A stretch of DNA of 64,000 bases from Candidatus Uhrbacteria bacterium (GCA_016188385.1 JACPHV010000032.1:5174-69173); one strand, 5' to 3'; shown: positions 28,187 to 38,801, counted from the stretch's first letter. Notes: generated by a model not told the origin, from the letters alone. Numbers and translations: made by a program.

Positions 28187-30870
28187 TGCAAAGATTTCCG
28201 GAACAACATGTGAGCGTCCGAGGAACTCATTCCGAAGGGAAAACGGCAAGGCAAGAATGGCGTGCGACGAGGTTTTATCAAGTACCGGCTGCCTTTGCTC
28301 TGTGTGCGTTAGCCATTGGCATGGCGCCGGTCCAGGCAGATGCCGCGACACTATCGCGCGATGAACTTTTTGCCGGTGAATATATTACAGTCACAGGCGA
28401 GAACTTCGGCCCGCCCAATCTCTCCACAAGCTATCTGTGCTTTTTTGATAACACTCACTGCGTGAGCGCCACGAGTTTTGGCGAACGCGCCGGATGGGAG
28501 TGGAGCGATACCGCCATTACGGGACAAGTGCCCAATGAAGTACCCATCAGCGGCGATATTATTGTATACGTTCAAGCAAAAAAAGAAGAATGTTTTCCGA
28601 ATCTTGGGTACTGCGAAGTCTCTACATTTCTTGAAGCGCGCGCGCGAGCATCCTATACCATCCTCCCGAAAATTTTGGATGTAAATCCGAAGCCTTCGGC
28701 AACGCGAAATCAGACGATTACGATAACCGGCACAGGATTCGGGGACCAGATCGGTGAAGTCCGCCTCGACTCATATCTCGCGGCAATCACCAGCTGGACT
28801 GACGGCAGCATTACTGTTACGCCTCCGGCACAACTTGTCGGGAGCACAAAACAAATCCGTATCACGACCGGAAACGCAAAAAGCGCGACGAGCGATTATC
28901 GGGTCGCTGTCGGCATATCCAACGATGAGTATTCCTACTTGCAGGAATATCTTGAACAAGTCTACGTCAAAGAAGCGTGGGCGCTTGCCGGAACAAACGA
29001 AGTGATCGTTGCCGTCATTGATGACGGCGTGCTGTTGTCGCACCCTGATCTGCAGGGACAGTTTTGGCGCAATACCAAGGAGATTCCCGGCAATGGCATC
29101 GATGATGATTTCAATGGATTCATAGACGACGTGCAAGGGTATAACTTCTTGGATGGAAATACCGACTTGTCTCCTAAAGGCCTTCACGGCACCGCGGTAG
29201 CCGGCATCATAGGCGCCGTGCGCGACAATGCGATCGGTATCGGCGGTATCGTGAAACATGTTAACATCATGCCGCTCTTGGTTGCGGATAGCGACGGCGT
29301 GACGAATTCGCAGATTGTCGACCGCGCGATCAAATACGCGGCGGACCATGGCGCATCGATCATAAATCTAAGCTTTAGCACAAGCGGGGAGGATCAATTC
29401 TTTCCACAACTGGATGCGTCGATCGATTACGCATTCAGCAAAGGAGCCGTGGTTGTCGCCGCGGCAGGCAACGGAGATGTCAAAACGGGAGCGGGGTTGC
29501 ATGTGAATAATTTCCCGCAGAGTCCGGTGTGCAATACGCGACGCGGTACTACAGGGCTCGGTATCGCAGCGCTCGATAATACTGACCGCCCGACCGGAGG
29601 CAACAAAATAGCAACCTGGTCGAATTATGGAAGCAATTGCATTTCTCTCTCCGCTCCAGGCACCCGCCTTTATACCACTACGGCCGATGCATATCAAAAA
29701 GAAGGCAAACTGTATGGCGCGGAAAGCGGAACATCATTCGCAACGCCACTGGTGGCAGGTATCGCTGCGCTTCTGAAAGCAACGTACCCGACTATGACGG
29801 CGACTAATATCATTGACCGTCTGCTTGCCACAGCCGATCCGATTGATGAATATAACCCCGAAAAAGCGGGACACATTGGCAAGCGAATCAATGCTTTTAA
29901 GGCATTGGCGGCCGGCAAACCTATCCCCGCGCTCGTCTCATTTTCACCGCATGAGTTCAATGCGGGAAGTAGGCTTCTCGTGTCACTATCACTCTATGAT
30001 CCTCTCTACTCACTTGTCTTAACTCCGGTGTCAGGAGGCTCTGATATCAGATTTTCTTCCGGAGAAATTACTGTCGTAAATACAACGGAGATTTCGATAG
30101 CTCTTCCGACATCCCTATTACCGGGTTCGTATCGGCTTCGTCTCCTTTCGCCCACCGGGGAAGAAATCAGTTTTCTCTCTGAATCTTTCGTAGTGCCGAT
30201 ACAACTTGTAAGCGATGAATCGACACAATCGAAACAAGAGCCATCGGAACACAGAGCGCAGATCGATGAACCATCCTCGGATATACAGGAACAAAGCGGC
30301 GATCAGCAATCAATGACCGAGAGTCCGATTATCATTGAGAAGGGGGAGACAGTCAGGCCAACATCAGAGATTAAATCGGAGCTCCTGCCGGAAGCCGTCC
30401 CGAATGAAAAAGTCGCCGGTAGCGGATCGCGGTCGGTCGTTACAGACCCAAAAGCAATTTCGCTGATCAATACATTAAAAGGCAGGATTCTTCTCCAGGT
30501 TGAGAGTAAAGGCGAGGCGTGGTATGTACGCCCCGATACCGGTGAACGCGTATTCATGGGGCGGCCGGCTGACGCGTTTCAGCTCATGCGCACGCTCGGC
30601 AAAGGAATCGCAAACGTTGATCTCGAACGTATCCCGGTCATTGGAAGTTCCAAGGCTCCAAGCGTTTCAGAGCTTGCTTTTACAAAAAAGCACGCGGGCA
30701 AGATTTTTATCCAGGTACAAGAAAAAGGCCGCGCGTGGTATGTGCATCCGAAAGAGTTCCGCAGATATTTTCTTGGCCGTCCCGCGGATGCGTTTGAAAT
30801 CATGCGGCGAACCGGACTTGGGATTACAACAAAAGACCTATCGTTGATTCCTATTCAGACTTTTCGTTGA
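28171..30870 (+). CDS. Secreted S8 (subtilisin-like) protease with IPT/TIG domains and C-terminal CPR-type GRILLQVE repeats
   Basis: Catalytic triad motifs VAVIDDG, HGTAVAG and SGTSFATP; ITVTGENFG/ITITGTGFG...SWTD IPT domains; two GRILLQVE...GRPADAF repeats. The true start may be downstream. Confidence 0.9.
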   Translation: MDETVMQRFPEQHVSVRGTHSEGKTARQEWRATRFYQVPAAFALCALAIGMAPVQADAATLSRDELFAGEYITVTGENFGPPNLSTSYLCFFDNTHCVSATSFGERAGWEWSDTAITGQVPNEVPISGDIIVYVQAKKEECFPNLGYCEVSTFLEARARASYTILPKILDVNPKPSATRNQTITITGTGFGDQIGEVRLDSYLAAITSWTDGSITVTPPAQLVGSTKQIRITTGNAKSATSDYRVAVGISNDEYSYLQEYLEQVYVKEAWALAGTNEVIVAVIDDGVLLSHPDLQGQFWRNTKEIPGNGIDDDFNGFIDDVQGYNFLDGNTDLSPKGLHGTAVAGIIGAVRDNAIGIGGIVKHVNIMPLLVADSDGVTNSQIVDRAIKYAADHGASIINLSFSTSGEDQFFPQLDASIDYAFSKGAVVVAAAGNGDVKTGAGLHVNNFPQSPVCNTRRGTTGLGIAALDNTDRPTGGNKIATWSNYGSNCISLSAPGTRLYTTTADAYQKEGKLYGAESGTSFATPLVAGIAALLKATYPTMTATNIIDRLLATADPIDEYNPEKAGHIGKRINAFKALAAGKPIPALVSFSPHEFNAGSRLLVSLSLYDPLYSLVLTPVSGGSDIRFSSGEITVVNTTEISIALPTSLLPGSYRLRLLSPTGEEISFLSESFVVPIQLVSDESTQSKQEPSEHRAQIDEPSSDIQEQSGDQQSMTESPIIIEKGETVRPTSEIKSELLPEAVPNEKVAGSGSRSVVTDPKAISLINTLKGRILLQVESKGEAWYVRPDTGERVFMGRPADAFQLMRTLGKGIANVDLERIPVIGSSKAPSVSELAFTKKHAGKIFIQVQEKGRAWYVHPKEFRRYFLGRPADAFEIMRRTGLGITTKDLSLIPIQTFR

Positions 30871-30895
30871 CACCGATGTCGGCGCGCCATACAAT
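30867..30895 (+). promoter_or_regulatory. Sigma70-type promoter
   Basis: TTGACA-17 nt-TACAAT upstream of the TPR-tmk-ribBA-ribD genes. Confidence 0.7.
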
Positions 30896-30923
30896 GGAAT
30901 AGTCACGCTGATACTACCAAACT

Positions 30924-31406
30924 ATGCTTCTCGATTATCTTAAAACAAAATACCGCGAATTGCTTGATGAAGGCTGGGCAGCGTACGAAATGGGCAATCT
31001 TCGAAAAGCGGAAAAACATTTTTCAGAAATAGTCGCGAATGAAGATGATCAGGATAATTCTCCCTCTACGATCCTAGAAGCGCATGCCGCCCTTGGCATT
31101 GTGAATCTGCGCCACAGGGATTTGTTTGAAGCGAATCGGTGGCTTCAAGAGTGCATGTATATGATCGAGCGTCGTTATCCCGACGGCATGCCAAAAACTC
31201 TCAACTGGAAGCAGCATGATGACCGCGCTCTCATGCGCGTCATGGTCGGTCTTGGGCATCTTGCGTATGAAAAACATGATCTGCACCGCGCTCGGTCATA
31301 CTATGAAACGCTGATCAAGGCCGATAAAAAGGATGAACTCGGCATGCGGCGTTATCTTGACGCGATCGAGCAAGGGATCCCATTCGCGGATATGGAATTT
31401 TTTTAG
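30924..31406 (+). CDS. Tetratricopeptide-repeat protein
   Basis: Helical TPR patterns (GWAAYEMGNLRKAEKHF, AHAALG, LGHLAYEKHDLHRARSYYE). Confidence 0.75.
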   Translation: MLLDYLKTKYRELLDEGWAAYEMGNLRKAEKHFSEIVANEDDQDNSPSTILEAHAALGIVNLRHRDLFEANRWLQECMYMIERRYPDGMPKTLNWKQHDDRALMRVMVGLGHLAYEKHDLHRARSYYETLIKADKKDELGMRRYLDAIEQGIPFADMEFF

Positions 31407-31412
31407 AATGAA

Positions 31413-32120
31413 ATGCGAGGTACGCTTATCGCAATCGAAGGGACTGACGGCAGCGGCAAAGGCACGCAGATAGCGTTGCTCGCCGAACGTCTGCGGACAG
31501 AAGGGCGGACAGTCGCTGTCCACTCGTTTCCGCAATACGGTAAGAAATCGGCAGGTTTGGTCGAAGAGTATCTCAATGGCGCGTACGGCCACGCGGATAG
31601 CGTTGATCCCCATGCCGCATCGCTATTTTTTGCCCTTGATCGATTCGACGCATCGCGCGCCATTAACGATGAGCTCGCCGAGGGAGCCATAGTTCTTCTT
31701 GACCGCTATATTGACTCGAATGTCGGGCATCAGGGAGGTAAAATTCGTAATGAAGATGAACGCGCGCGTTATGTCGCATGGCTCTATGACCTTGAATTTC
31801 GCATTTTGAAAAATCCACGGCCCGACTTTACGCTTGTCATCCATGTGCCGCCCTCCATCGGACAAGAGATGGTAAAGAAAAAGGCCCAACGCAGCTATCT
31901 TGAAGGGGGTAAAACACATGATATGCATGAAGGTGATTTGCAGCACTTGCAGCACGCTGAAGAAGCATTTTTATGGCTCGTTCAGACCTCGCCGAACACG
32001 CATGAGCTCATTGAATCATATACCGACAGGCTCTTGACACCTCAAGAAGTGCATGAAAAGGTCTGGTCAAAAGTGCATGCGATTTCATTTAGTACAGAAA
32101 ACAATGCCGAATCAGATTGA
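31413..32120 (+). CDS. tmk: Thymidylate kinase
   Basis: IAIEGTDGSGKGTQ P-loop, SFPQY, LDRY and PRPD motifs. Confidence 0.92.
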   Translation: MRGTLIAIEGTDGSGKGTQIALLAERLRTEGRTVAVHSFPQYGKKSAGLVEEYLNGAYGHADSVDPHAASLFFALDRFDASRAINDELAEGAIVLLDRYIDSNVGHQGGKIRNEDERARYVAWLYDLEFRILKNPRPDFTLVIHVPPSIGQEMVKKKAQRSYLEGGKTHDMHEGDLQHLQHAEEAFLWLVQTSPNTHELIESYTDRLLTPQEVHEKVWSKVHAISFSTENNAESD

Positions 32121-33300
32121 AAAAATTATACGAGACTTGGCGGCAGGCGAACCTGTCATCATTACCGACGACGAGTCGCGCGAGAATGAAGGGGATTTGA
32201 TTTTTGCGGCAGAATTCGCCACTCCCGAATTGGTGAATTTTATGATCAAAGAATGCCGTGGCTTGATCTGCGTACCGCTTTCGGATGACAGGATCACGCA
32301 GCTCGGATTGCATAACATGGTGAGCGAATCTCGTGATACCATGAATACCTCCTTTACGGTTTCCGTAGATGCCGCGACAGGTATCAGCACCGGAATTTCG
32401 GCCGCTGATCGCTCGCGTACCATACAACTTTTGGCCGACAGCGCCACGCGTCCATCCGATCTGGTTGCTCCCGGGCATATATTCCCGCTTCGTGGAAGAA
32501 AAGGAGGTGTGCTCGTTCGCGCGGGACATACTGAAGCCGCTCTCGATCTCATGCGTCTTTCCGCGTTGCAGCCCGCGGCGGTGATTTGCGAGATCATGAA
32601 TGATGACGGGACAATGGCTCGGCGCGATGATCTTGATCGTTTCTCAAAAATTCATGGATACAACATCGCTTCTGTTCGGGACTTGATCGCATATCGTCGG
32701 AGCACCGAGGTCCTCGTCGAATACATCTCGGAAGCGCCGATCCCGACGAATACCGGTGAATGGACGCTGAAATTGTTTCGTTCCAAGATTGACGGACTCG
32801 AGCACTGCGCGCTCGTAAAGGGTGATATTACGGAAGCGCCCGTACTCGTAAGAGTCCATTCAGAGTGTTTTACAAGCGAAGTATTGGGATCTCGCCGATG
32901 CGATTGTCGTGAACAGCTCTCAAGCGCGATGAGCCAGATTGAGAAAAAGGGTAACGGGGTGATCCTCTATATGCGTCAAGAAGGAAGAGGGATCGGCCTT
33001 GCCAATAAGCTGAAGGCATATCAACTTCAAGACCTGGGCATGGATACGGTGCAAGCGAATGAGCGGCTTGGGTTCAAGGCTGATTTGCGCGAATACGGCA
33101 TAGGAGCGCAAATACTCAAGGCGCTTGGCATCACAAAGATAAGGCTCCTTACCAACAATCCGAGAAAGATCGTCGGACTTGCCGGTCATGATCTTGAGAT
33201 TGTAGCACGCGTACCTATTGAAATGACCGCGCATGACGGCAATCGCTCATATCTTAAGGCAAAAAAATCAAGGCTTGGACACCTTCTTTCCCATGTCTGA
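32104..33300 (+). CDS. ribBA: Bifunctional DHBP synthase / GTP cyclohydrolase II
   Basis: RENEGD, FTVSVD, PGHIFPL, RAGHTEA, RVHSEC, RCDC, QEGRGIGL and LLTNNP motifs. The ATG at 32104 was chosen as the start. Confidence 0.96.
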   Translation: MPNQIEKIIRDLAAGEPVIITDDESRENEGDLIFAAEFATPELVNFMIKECRGLICVPLSDDRITQLGLHNMVSESRDTMNTSFTVSVDAATGISTGISAADRSRTIQLLADSATRPSDLVAPGHIFPLRGRKGGVLVRAGHTEAALDLMRLSALQPAAVICEIMNDDGTMARRDDLDRFSKIHGYNIASVRDLIAYRRSTEVLVEYISEAPIPTNTGEWTLKLFRSKIDGLEHCALVKGDITEAPVLVRVHSECFTSEVLGSRRCDCREQLSSAMSQIEKKGNGVILYMRQEGRGIGLANKLKAYQLQDLGMDTVQANERLGFKADLREYGIGAQILKALGITKIRLLTNNPRKIVGLAGHDLEIVARVPIEMTAHDGNRSYLKAKKSRLGHLLSHV

Positions 33301-34366
33301 TGAACAGTTCATGCGCCAAGCTCTCGGACTCGCCGAGCACGGTTTAGGGTTCGCAAGCCCGAATCCGTGCGTCGGCGCTTTGATTGTAAAAAACGGCCGT
33401 GTCATCGGAAGGGGGTACCATCGGCAAGAAGGCGGGCCGCACGCGGAGATTGAGGCATTGCGTTCATGCAAAGAGGATCCCGCAGGTGCCGCGATGTATG
33501 TCACATTGGAGCCATGCACTCATTGGGGCAAAACACCGCCCTGTGTTCCTGCCATCAAGGAAGCAGGCATCCTGCGCGTGGTGATCGGAACTCGCGATCC
33601 GAATCCGAATGTTGAGGGCAATGGGGCTCGCTGCCTTCAAGATGCAGGTATCGAGGTATCGTTCGGGATAGAGGAATATGCCTGCAAGCATCTCATACGC
33701 TACTTCGCGCACTGGGTATCGACAGGTATTCCCGCTGTCATCGGTAAAGTCGCGATAAGCGCAGATTACAAAATAGCCGCCGCCCCCGGAGTGCGGACTC
33801 GCGTGACGGGTGAAGAAGCATATCAGTATGTTCACGCGCTGCGCCATAGCGTTGATGCGATTCTCGTTGGTTCGCATACAGTTGCCGTAGACGATCCGTA
33901 CCTTACCGATCGGAGCGGGTCCATGAAATCGGATCCATTGCGCGTTATTCTCGATCGTTCTCTTTCTACACCGCTTGCGTCGAATGTATATGCGGATACA
34001 CATGTAATAGCGGTTCATTCGATAAGCGCAACGGAAGAACGGCGAGCCGCATTTGAGAGTGCAGGCATTCCAATCGTTCTCTTTCCCGAAGAGGATGGCG
34101 GTATTTCGCTTGATGCGCTGCTTGCGTATCTCGGCAAACGCGGGATTACCAGTCTGCTTGTTGAAGGAGGGAAGCGTACGATCGATGCGTTTATGAGATC
34201 GAGCAAGATCAATGAATGGCATATTTTTCAAAGCGCGGACCGTATCGGTCCTGATGGCCTTGACGCGTGCGGTGATATCCCATTCCTACAATCCGTGATA
34301 AGAGCAGCCGAGGCTTTATCATGCGGTCCCGATACTTATTATTTCTTATCAGCCCTTGACAGGTAA
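33293..34366 (+). CDS. ribD: Riboflavin biosynthesis deaminase/reductase RibD
   Basis: PNPCVGA, HAE, TLEPC...TPPC and LLVEGG motifs; the ATG at 33293 overlaps the end of ribBA. Confidence 0.95.
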   Translation: MSDEQFMRQALGLAEHGLGFASPNPCVGALIVKNGRVIGRGYHRQEGGPHAEIEALRSCKEDPAGAAMYVTLEPCTHWGKTPPCVPAIKEAGILRVVIGTRDPNPNVEGNGARCLQDAGIEVSFGIEEYACKHLIRYFAHWVSTGIPAVIGKVAISADYKIAAAPGVRTRVTGEEAYQYVHALRHSVDAILVGSHTVAVDDPYLTDRSGSMKSDPLRVILDRSLSTPLASNVYADTHVIAVHSISATEERRAAFESAGIPIVLFPEEDGGISLDALLAYLGKRGITSLLVEGGKRTIDAFMRSSKINEWHIFQSADRIGPDGLDACGDIPFLQSVIRAAEALSCGPDTYYFLSALDR

Positions 34367-34384
34367 TAGGCTGTTCGCTATCAT
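34356..34384 (+). promoter_or_regulatory. hrcA operon promoter
   Basis: TTGACA-17 nt-TATCAT directly followed by the CIRCE. Confidence 0.8.
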
Positions 34385-34411
34385 TTAGCAATCAAGAGAT
34401 CAGATTGCTAA
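34385..34411. promoter_or_regulatory. CIRCE (HrcA operator), variant
   Basis: TTAGCAATC-N9-GATTGCTAA, a perfect inverted repeat ending 1 nt before the hrcA ATG. Confidence 0.92.
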
Positions 34412-34412
34412 T

Positions 34413-35129
34413 ATGCTCGATGAACGCAAGATTACCTTAGTTCAGTATATGGTTGAATGCTATATCGCGTCTGCCCAGCCGGTGGCCTCGATTATGCTTG
34501 TCAGGAAATATCAGCTATCATACAGTCCTGCCACCGTACGAAACGAATTCGCGTCTTTGGAAGACGAAGGATATGTACGGCAGCCCCACGCGTCATCCGG
34601 TCGCATACCGACAGAACGGGCATATCAGCTCTACCTTGAACAGGTGCAGCCAAAGCGTATTCCCCGTTCGGTTGCCCAACGGCTCGAAAGCGCTTGGGCG
34701 CGACAGACATCCCATCAATTTGACCGTTATTGCCAACTTGGCAGAGTACTTTCCGATGAAGCGGAGGAATTCGTTTTTGTGTCGCTTCAAACAGGCGAAC
34801 TTTCTTGCACGGGCTTTGCCTACCTGTCACAAAAACCTGAATTTCTTGACCAGAAGTTTGCATCCGTGGTCACCGAAGCGATCGACCATCTTCATGAATT
34901 AGTGGAACGGCTTTATACCGCGGCAACCGGCGAAGCGCAGATATTGATCGGAAGAAATGATGTTTTTTCAGGAGCGTGCGGCAGTATATTCAGTACATTT
35001 GATCTGGAAGACAACTCCCGCGGCATGATCGGAATCATCGGTCCTATGAGAATGAATTACGGATACAATATCGGATTAATAAAAACCGCGTGCGAACTCG
35101 TCTCGACATCATCTGCGAATAATTTATAA
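34413..35129 (+). CDS. hrcA: Heat-inducible transcription repressor HrcA (short form)
   Basis: SPATVRNE, QPHASSGRIPT and GIIGPMRMNY motifs; upstream CIRCE; followed by grpE-dnaK-dnaJ. Confidence 0.93.
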   Translation: MLDERKITLVQYMVECYIASAQPVASIMLVRKYQLSYSPATVRNEFASLEDEGYVRQPHASSGRIPTERAYQLYLEQVQPKRIPRSVAQRLESAWARQTSHQFDRYCQLGRVLSDEAEEFVFVSLQTGELSCTGFAYLSQKPEFLDQKFASVVTEAIDHLHELVERLYTAATGEAQILIGRNDVFSGACGSIFSTFDLEDNSRGMIGIIGPMRMNYGYNIGLIKTACELVSTSSANNL

Positions 35130-35140
35130 CATATCGCATT

Positions 35141-35698
35141 ATGACCACACCTACGGATCAAGAGGAACACAAACAGGAGCCGTCGGCGGTAAGTGAACAA
35201 ACACAATCAGCTCCCGACCACAGTGATTTGCAAGAGCAGATCAATCGGCTCACCATAGCATGCGAGGAAAACCTCAACGGCTGGAAGCGAGCAAAAGCGG
35301 ATTATATCAATTATAAAAACGCGCAGGAAACGCATGCGAAAGAATTAGCGCAAGTCGCGAATATGGGCGCGCTACTGCGCATAATTCCAATCTACGAACA
35401 GCTGCGAAATGCAATTGTGCAACTCTCGGATGACCTCAAAGGATCGAGTTGGGTGCAGGGGGTAGAACAAATCAGCAAGCAGTTCAAGGATGCGCTGAAA
35501 ACTCTCGGAGTGGAAGAATACGGAGAATTGCAGGGGAAACGGTTTGATCCGGCGTTGCATCAAGCGCTTGGCCACGAATATGTCGAGGGAGTCAAAGAGG
35601 ATCATATTACGCAGCAGATTAGCGCGGGATATGCGTTTCATGGCAACGTATTGCTCCCGGCGCGCGTGATCGTAAATAAAAAACCGTTACAAACTTAA
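35141..35698 (+). CDS. grpE: Nucleotide exchange factor GrpE
   Basis: RAKADYINYK, FDPALHQAL and GY...LLPARVIV motifs. Confidence 0.94.
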   Translation: MTTPTDQEEHKQEPSAVSEQTQSAPDHSDLQEQINRLTIACEENLNGWKRAKADYINYKNAQETHAKELAQVANMGALLRIIPIYEQLRNAIVQLSDDLKGSSWVQGVEQISKQFKDALKTLGVEEYGELQGKRFDPALHQALGHEYVEGVKEDHITQQISAGYAFHGNVLLPARVIVNKKPLQT

Positions 35699-35793
35699 AA
35701 GCAATCATAATAGTTTCATGACTCGCAATAATATCCAAGTATCATAATATTATCAATTAAGCTTACAATTATTCATTACAAATATATCAGGGT

Positions 35794-37704
35794 ATGTCAA
35801 AAATTCTCGGAATTGATTTAGGAACAACGAATTCATGCATGGCGATCATCGAAGCAGGTACGCCAAAGGTATTGGAAAATAAGGAGGGCAACCGTACTAC
35901 GCCATCTGTCGTAGCGACCACAAGCGGCGGCGAGCGTCTTGTCGGCCTTTTGGCGAAACGGCAAGCGGTGACGAATGCGCTCAACACGGTATTCTCGGTT
36001 AAGCGTTTCATCGGGCGCAGATATGATGACGCCGCGGTGCAGCGTGATGTTTCACTTATGCCCTATAAGGTTGTGAAATCAGGAGATAGCGTAAAAGTAG
36101 TGATGCAGGGCAAAGAATACGCGGCCGAAGAAGTATCCGCAATGATTCTGCAGAAGATGAAAGCCGATGCGGAAAGCCGAATCGGTGAAAAAATCACAGA
36201 AGCGGTCATTACGGTTCCGGCATATTTTGACGACGCGCAACGGCAGGCGACTAAAAATGCGGGAAAGATTGCGGGGCTCGAAGTAAAGCGCATTATCAAT
36301 GAACCGACAGCGGCCGCGCTCGCATACGGATTTAACAAGAAGAAAGACGAGAAAATAGTCGTGTATGATCTCGGTGGCGGTACGTTTGACGTGTCGGTGT
36401 TAGAAGTTGGCGACGATACGGTGGAAGTGAAAGCGACGAATGGAGATACGCATCTCGGCGGCGATGACTTTGATCAAAGGATCATCGAGTGGCTCGTACA
36501 AGAGTTCAAGAAGGATCAGGGAGTCGATCTTTCGGCGGATCAGCTCGCGCTGCAGCGCCTTAAGGAAGCGGCGGAAAAAGCAAAACATGAATTGTCGTCA
36601 GCCACAGAGACGGAAGTCAATCAGCCGTTTATCACTGCTGATTCAAGCGGACCGAAACATCTTGTCATCAAGCTCACGCGCGCCAAGCTTGAAGAATTGA
36701 TTTCCGATCTTGCGGACAAAACGCTTGAGCCGTGCCGTAAAGCGCTCGCGGATGCCGGCATGAACGCCAGTAATATCAACGAAATAATCCTTGTTGGCGG
36801 AATGACGCGAATGCCGCTTATTCAGCAAACAGTGGAAAAATTTTTTGGCAAGACGCCGAATGTTTCGGTAAACCCCGATGAGGTGGTTGCTCTGGGCGCG
36901 GCCGTGCAGGCCGGAGTGTTGCAAGGTGAAGTGAAAGACGTGCTCCTTCTCGATGTAACGCCGCTTTCACTCGGTATTGAGACATTGGGAGGGGTTATGA
37001 CTAAGCTCATCGATCGCAATACCACGATCCCTACCTCCAAGAGTCAAATATTTTCCACTGCCGCGGACAATCAGCCGTCCGTCGATGTCCATGTCCTTCA
37101 GGGGGAGCGTGAGATGGCGCAGGATAATAAAACTCTCGGAAGGTTTATGCTTGATGGCATCCCGCCAAGCCCTCGCGGCGTGCCGCAGGTGGAGGTGACG
37201 TTTGACTTAGACGCAAACGGGATTCTCAATGTTTCCGCAAAAGATAAGGCTACGGGCAAGGAACAGAACATAACGATTACCGCCTCGACAAATCTATCTC
37301 AAGACGAGGTTGCCCGCATGACAAAAGAAGCCGAATTGCACGCTGAAGAAGACAAAAAGAAGCGAGAAAAGATCGATGTTAAAAATATGGCGGAAAGCAC
37401 GATCTACCAGACAGAGAAGGTGCTGAAAGAACACGGCGAGAAAGCGCCTGCCGATGTAAAGAAGGAAATAGAAGATCAACTTGAAGCGTTGAAAAAGGTA
37501 AAAGATGGCGATGATATAAACGCCGTGAAACAAGCGCTGGAGACAGTAAACCAAACTGTCTCAAAGATAGGAGCGTCACTCTATCAACAATCCGGCGAAC
37601 AAGCACCAGGAGCCGAGCCGCAGCAAGGAGACTCATCCGGTGAAAGCGATCAGGAAAAGAAAGACGAGAAGCCGATTGATGCCGATTTCGAGAAAAAGGA
37701 TTAA
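35794..37704 (+). CDS. dnaK: Chaperone DnaK
   Basis: [23 protein letters not shown] and NPDEVVA motifs. Confidence 0.99.
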   Translation: MSKILGIDLGTTNSCMAIIEAGTPKVLENKEGNRTTPSVVATTSGGERLVGLLAKRQAVTNALNTVFSVKRFIGRRYDDAAVQRDVSLMPYKVVKSGDSVKVVMQGKEYAAEEVSAMILQKMKADAESRIGEKITEAVITVPAYFDDAQRQATKNAGKIAGLEVKRIINEPTAAALAYGFNKKKDEKIVVYDLGGGTFDVSVLEVGDDTVEVKATNGDTHLGGDDFDQRIIEWLVQEFKKDQGVDLSADQLALQRLKEAAEKAKHELSSATETEVNQPFITADSSGPKHLVIKLTRAKLEELISDLADKTLEPCRKALADAGMNASNINEIILVGGMTRMPLIQQTVEKFFGKTPNVSVNPDEVVALGAAVQAGVLQGEVKDVLLLDVTPLSLGIETLGGVMTKLIDRNTTIPTSKSQIFSTAADNQPSVDVHVLQGEREMAQDNKTLGRFMLDGIPPSPRGVPQVEVTFDLDANGILNVSAKDKATGKEQNITITASTNLSQDEVARMTKEAELHAEEDKKKREKIDVKNMAESTIYQTEKVLKEHGEKAPADVKKEIEDQLEALKKVKDGDDINAVKQALETVNQTVSKIGASLYQQSGEQAPGAEPQQGDSSGESDQEKKDEKPIDADFEKKD

Positions 37705-37718
37705 TTCATTCTATTGTA

Positions 37719-38801
37719 ATGAAAAAGGATTATTATTCAGATTTGGGCATTGCGAACAATGCGAGCCAAGATGACATAAAAAAAGCATTCCGCAAACTCG
37801 CGCATCAACATCATCCTGATAAGCAGGGCGGAGATGAAAAGCGATTTAAGGAAATCAACGAGGCGTATCAAGTGCTCTCTGATCCGCAAAAACGCCAGCA
37901 GTATGATCAGTATGGTCATGCGAATCATCAGGCAGGAGCTGGATTTTCATGGGAGGATATGGCGCGACAGGGAGGAAATGGCGGGGGGGTGCAATTTGAT
38001 TTTGGAGATCTCGGCGACGTATTTGGAGATATGTTCGGTTTTGGCGGCTCGAAGAAAGGCGCGCGGCGCGATACCCGCGGCAGCGACCTTCAAATTGATA
38101 TTGATATCGAGCTGAAAGAAGCTATCACGGGCTTGAAAAAAGAGCTTCGGATTCCGAAGTCAGTGAAATGCGACGCGTGCGCAGGATCAGGAGCGGAGCC
38201 TGGATCGAAAGTAATCACATGCCCCACGTGCGCGGGTAGCGGACAAGTCGCCACAACACAGCGGACGATACTCGGTGTGTTTCAGAGCGCGGCGCCGTGT
38301 TCCGCATGCAAAGCGACCGGAAAAAAGATCGAAAAAAAATGCAAGGCATGCTCCGGAGATGGCCGTGTCAGAAAGGAAGGAAAGATCAGCGTGTCAGTGC
38401 CCGCGGGCATTGACGACGGTCAGACATTGCGGCTATCCGGAGAGGGAGAAGCGGGCTCCCAGGGCGCGCCTGCGGGAGATCTGTATGTGCGTATCCATGT
38501 GCGGAGCGATAAACGCTTCGCGAGAAAAGGCGATGATCTTTATTCGGATCTCGAAGTTTCTTATTCCCAAGCCGCGCTTGGCGACAAGATAAAATTTCTC
38601 ACGCATGACGGCATGATGGAGGTCAAAGTGCCTGCAGCTATCCAGACGGGGCAGTTGATACGGCTTTCCAATCTTGGTTTGCCGCACCTGCAAAAAAAAG
38701 GGAGAGGCGACTTATACATACGCATAGTTGTCGCCACTCCAAAATCATTGAATAGAAAACAGAAGGAACTTTTCGAGCAATTGAAAAGAGAGGGGCTCTA
38801 A
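37719..38801 (+). CDS. dnaJ: Chaperone DnaJ
   Basis: J domain with HPD, G/F-rich region and four CxxCxGxG-type repeats. Confidence 0.98.
   Translation: MKKDYYSDLGIANNASQDDIKKAFRKLAHQHHPDKQGGDEKRFKEINEAYQVLSDPQKRQQYDQYGHANHQAGAGFSWEDMARQGGNGGGVQFDFGDLGDVFGDMFGFGGSKKGARRDTRGSDLQIDIDIELKEAITGLKKELRIPKSVKCDACAGSGAEPGSKVITCPTCAGSGQVATTQRTILGVFQSAAPCSACKATGKKIEKKCKACSGDGRVRKEGKISVSVPAGIDDGQTLRLSGEGEAGSQGAPAGDLYVRIHVRSDKRFARKGDDLYSDLEVSYSQAALGDKIKFLTHDGMMEVKVPAAIQTGQLIRLSNLGLPHLQKKGRGDLYIRIVVATPKSLNRKQKELFEQLKREGL

Noticed and set aside
31900..32110. FMN riboswitch upstream of ribBA
   Set aside because: ribBA overlaps tmk with no intergenic space, and no RFN consensus is visible.
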